A stretch of DNA of 63,841 nucleotides, filler included, from Octopus bimaculoides (lineage: Eukaryota), in NCBI RefSeq assembly GCF_001194135.2. It is 6 parts of 6 records of this genome, joined end to end, with 100 filler letters (N's around TTAATTAATTAA, not from the genome) between each part and the next. Parts side by side here need not be neighbours in the genome. Positions count along the whole stretch, not along the records: positions 62,040 to 63,841 come from NW_026334451.1; 5 more parts are not named here. One strand, given 5' to 3'. How positions within the stretch are numbered: position 1 is the stretch's first letter; each line of letters starts with the position of its first letter. Positions 62,112 through 63,841 of the stretch are shown here, piece after piece. The position numbers were made by a program, and so were the translations under genes. The notes under the pieces are model-generated. The model did no database searches. It was not told the DNA's origin and was given only the letters and a program-made list of their open reading frames with translations.

Positions 62112-62994
62112 TGTTTATGTGTATATATTTCTGTGAATGTATATATAGGAAGAGAGAGAGCTAGATAGATGTGTATTCGTACATACGGTCCCTCAGTATG
62201 TTGTATGTGTATGACTGTATATGTGTGACCGTGCAAACAGAAATACACTCGGGAATACGTTCACTTTATTCTAGAGACAAACTCTCACGTGAGCAATAAA
62301 ATCCTAAAGTATCTGCAATCTCTCTTTTCGGAATTAACGAAATTGCTGTATTAGGAATATTAAGGCCAATCTGTCACAGACACACAATTTAATTATCCTA
62401 TAGAGTGCACTTACTGGAGTAACACGTTTAACGCACTCTCTCATGTACACATACGCAAACACACGTATATATACTGTTTTGGGAGAATCCTGAACACCCC
62501 CACGTGACTGGAGGTGGACTAACCGATCACAATAAATAAGAACTGAGTGGACTGTTATGGGGATAGTTGACGGGTGTTACAATGAGAATTGAACCTCGGA
62601 ACCAGAGATAGAAGAAATTAGTGAAAAAGACAGAATTAGACAGGAGAAAATGGAAGAGTGGTTGAATAAAGTACATGAGCAAAGAGTAAAAGCAAGAAGA
62701 ATGGGATGACCTTTGGGGCGAAATTTAAGGACGTTAATGATATATAAGGATATATAGAATTGGAAAAGAGAATAACGAAGTTAAAAGGTGTGATTAGAGT
62801 AAGATTGGAACCTGAAATGCTTGAACCAGACGAGAAAGCAGTGTTACTGGAAATAGAGAAGATAGAAAAACTATGTGGAGCGTTCCCGGAATCAATTTAC
62901 CATACAGATATATATGTTCGATATGAGACGGCCATAACTTTTAACTGTCAAATGTATACATGTGTGTGTGTGTGTGAGTGTGTTTGTGAGTGTT

Positions 62995-63205
62995 TGTGTG
63001 TGTCCCCCACTACCGCTTGACAGCCGGTGTGGGTGTGTTCACGTCCCTGTAACTTAGCAATTATGCTAAAGAGACCGATAAAATAAGTAGCAGGCTTTAA
63101 AAAAAAGCAGAAATAGGGATCGATTCCTTCAACTAAAAATATTTCAAGTCAGTGCTCCAGCATGGCCACAGACTATCGACTGAAAGAAGTAGAAACCAAG
63201 ACATA
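62995..63205 (+). mobile_element. SINE 3' half (same family as 22113-22540)
   Basis: TGTCCCCCACTACCGCTTGACAGCCGGTGTGG...GTAACTTAGC...GTGCTCCAGCATGGCCACAG. Confidence 0.8.
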
Positions 63206-63275
63206 GAAAAAAATACCTGTATTTCATTTAATTTCATTTAATTATTCAAGTAAATTTAATATTTGCTTAGATTAG

Positions 63276-63360
63276 AACATGGTGGCCAAGATGGCCGCCC
63301 CACGTTCAGAAAAAAGTCAGCATTGCACAAAGGCTTACGGGACCGAACTTTCCGGAAAAA
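63276..63360 (+). promoter_or_regulatory. Tandem YY1-like motifs plus ETS-like site; candidate core promoter
   Basis: AACATGGTGGC and AAGATGGCCGCC adjacent at 63276-63299; TTCCGGAA at about 63350; motif presence only. Confidence 0.3.
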
Positions 63361-63738
63361 TCGATGCTGTTACTGTATTGACATTATTGCTTTTTAGTTA
63401 TCGTTTATAATGTTACTCCTGCCGCAGCTGTTGTTGTTTTCGTTATAAACAAGCAAATTTAACATTTAGATATATATATATAGAGAGTAAAGAAATATCT
63501 AGGCGCGAGTTTATACGTGAAATTATGTGGAAAGCAACGCACAGAAAAAAAACACATTGTAAAACAGAATCGCATAAACCGCACTCATATATATGTAAAT
63601 AATCCCGTGCACGCAGATATATTATTATGCATAAATGATCCCTATTACATACGCATTCAAACACAAGTATATACATATGTAAGTATGTATGTATGTATGT
63701 ATGTATGTATGTATGTATGTATATGTGTGTGTGTGTAT

Positions 63739-63787
<49 letters not shown>

Positions 63788-63841
63788 CATATATATGTAT
63801 ATATATATATGTGTGTATAGATATATGTATGTGTATATATA

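Overview
Repeat-dominated, AT-rich animal genomic DNA. The SINE set, microsatellite density and LINE types suggest a coleoid cephalopod, probably Octopus (inference, no search run). Five identical artificial 100-bp spacers (N44-TTAATTAATTAA-N44) show the window is at least six joined pieces, so adjacency across them is unproven. No host gene could be identified with confidence, and I found no rRNA, true tRNA or CRISPR. Recognisable content is mostly transposon debris: a 5'-truncated RTE LINE (24.1-26.9 kb), Hero and R4/Dong-type RLE LINE remnants, Tx1-like, Gypsy, Penelope-like, Merlin, mariner (one near-complete D,D34D transposase at 60.8-61.8 kb), two Helitron derivatives and several tRNA-derived SINE families. 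Most interesting observations: degenerate Penelope-type minimal hammerhead ribozyme motifs (39.8, 22.9, 32.3 kb); an orphan 226-aa ORF with a 13-aa tandem repeat (18.3-19.0 kb); a perfect 205-bp inverted repeat (11.0-11.6 kb); an 830-bp Helitron whose empty insertion site is preserved 330 bp upstream; apparent (TACA)n- and (TAA)n-associated Dong-like LINE families; and an intron-like 76-nt segment in the mariner 5' leader.
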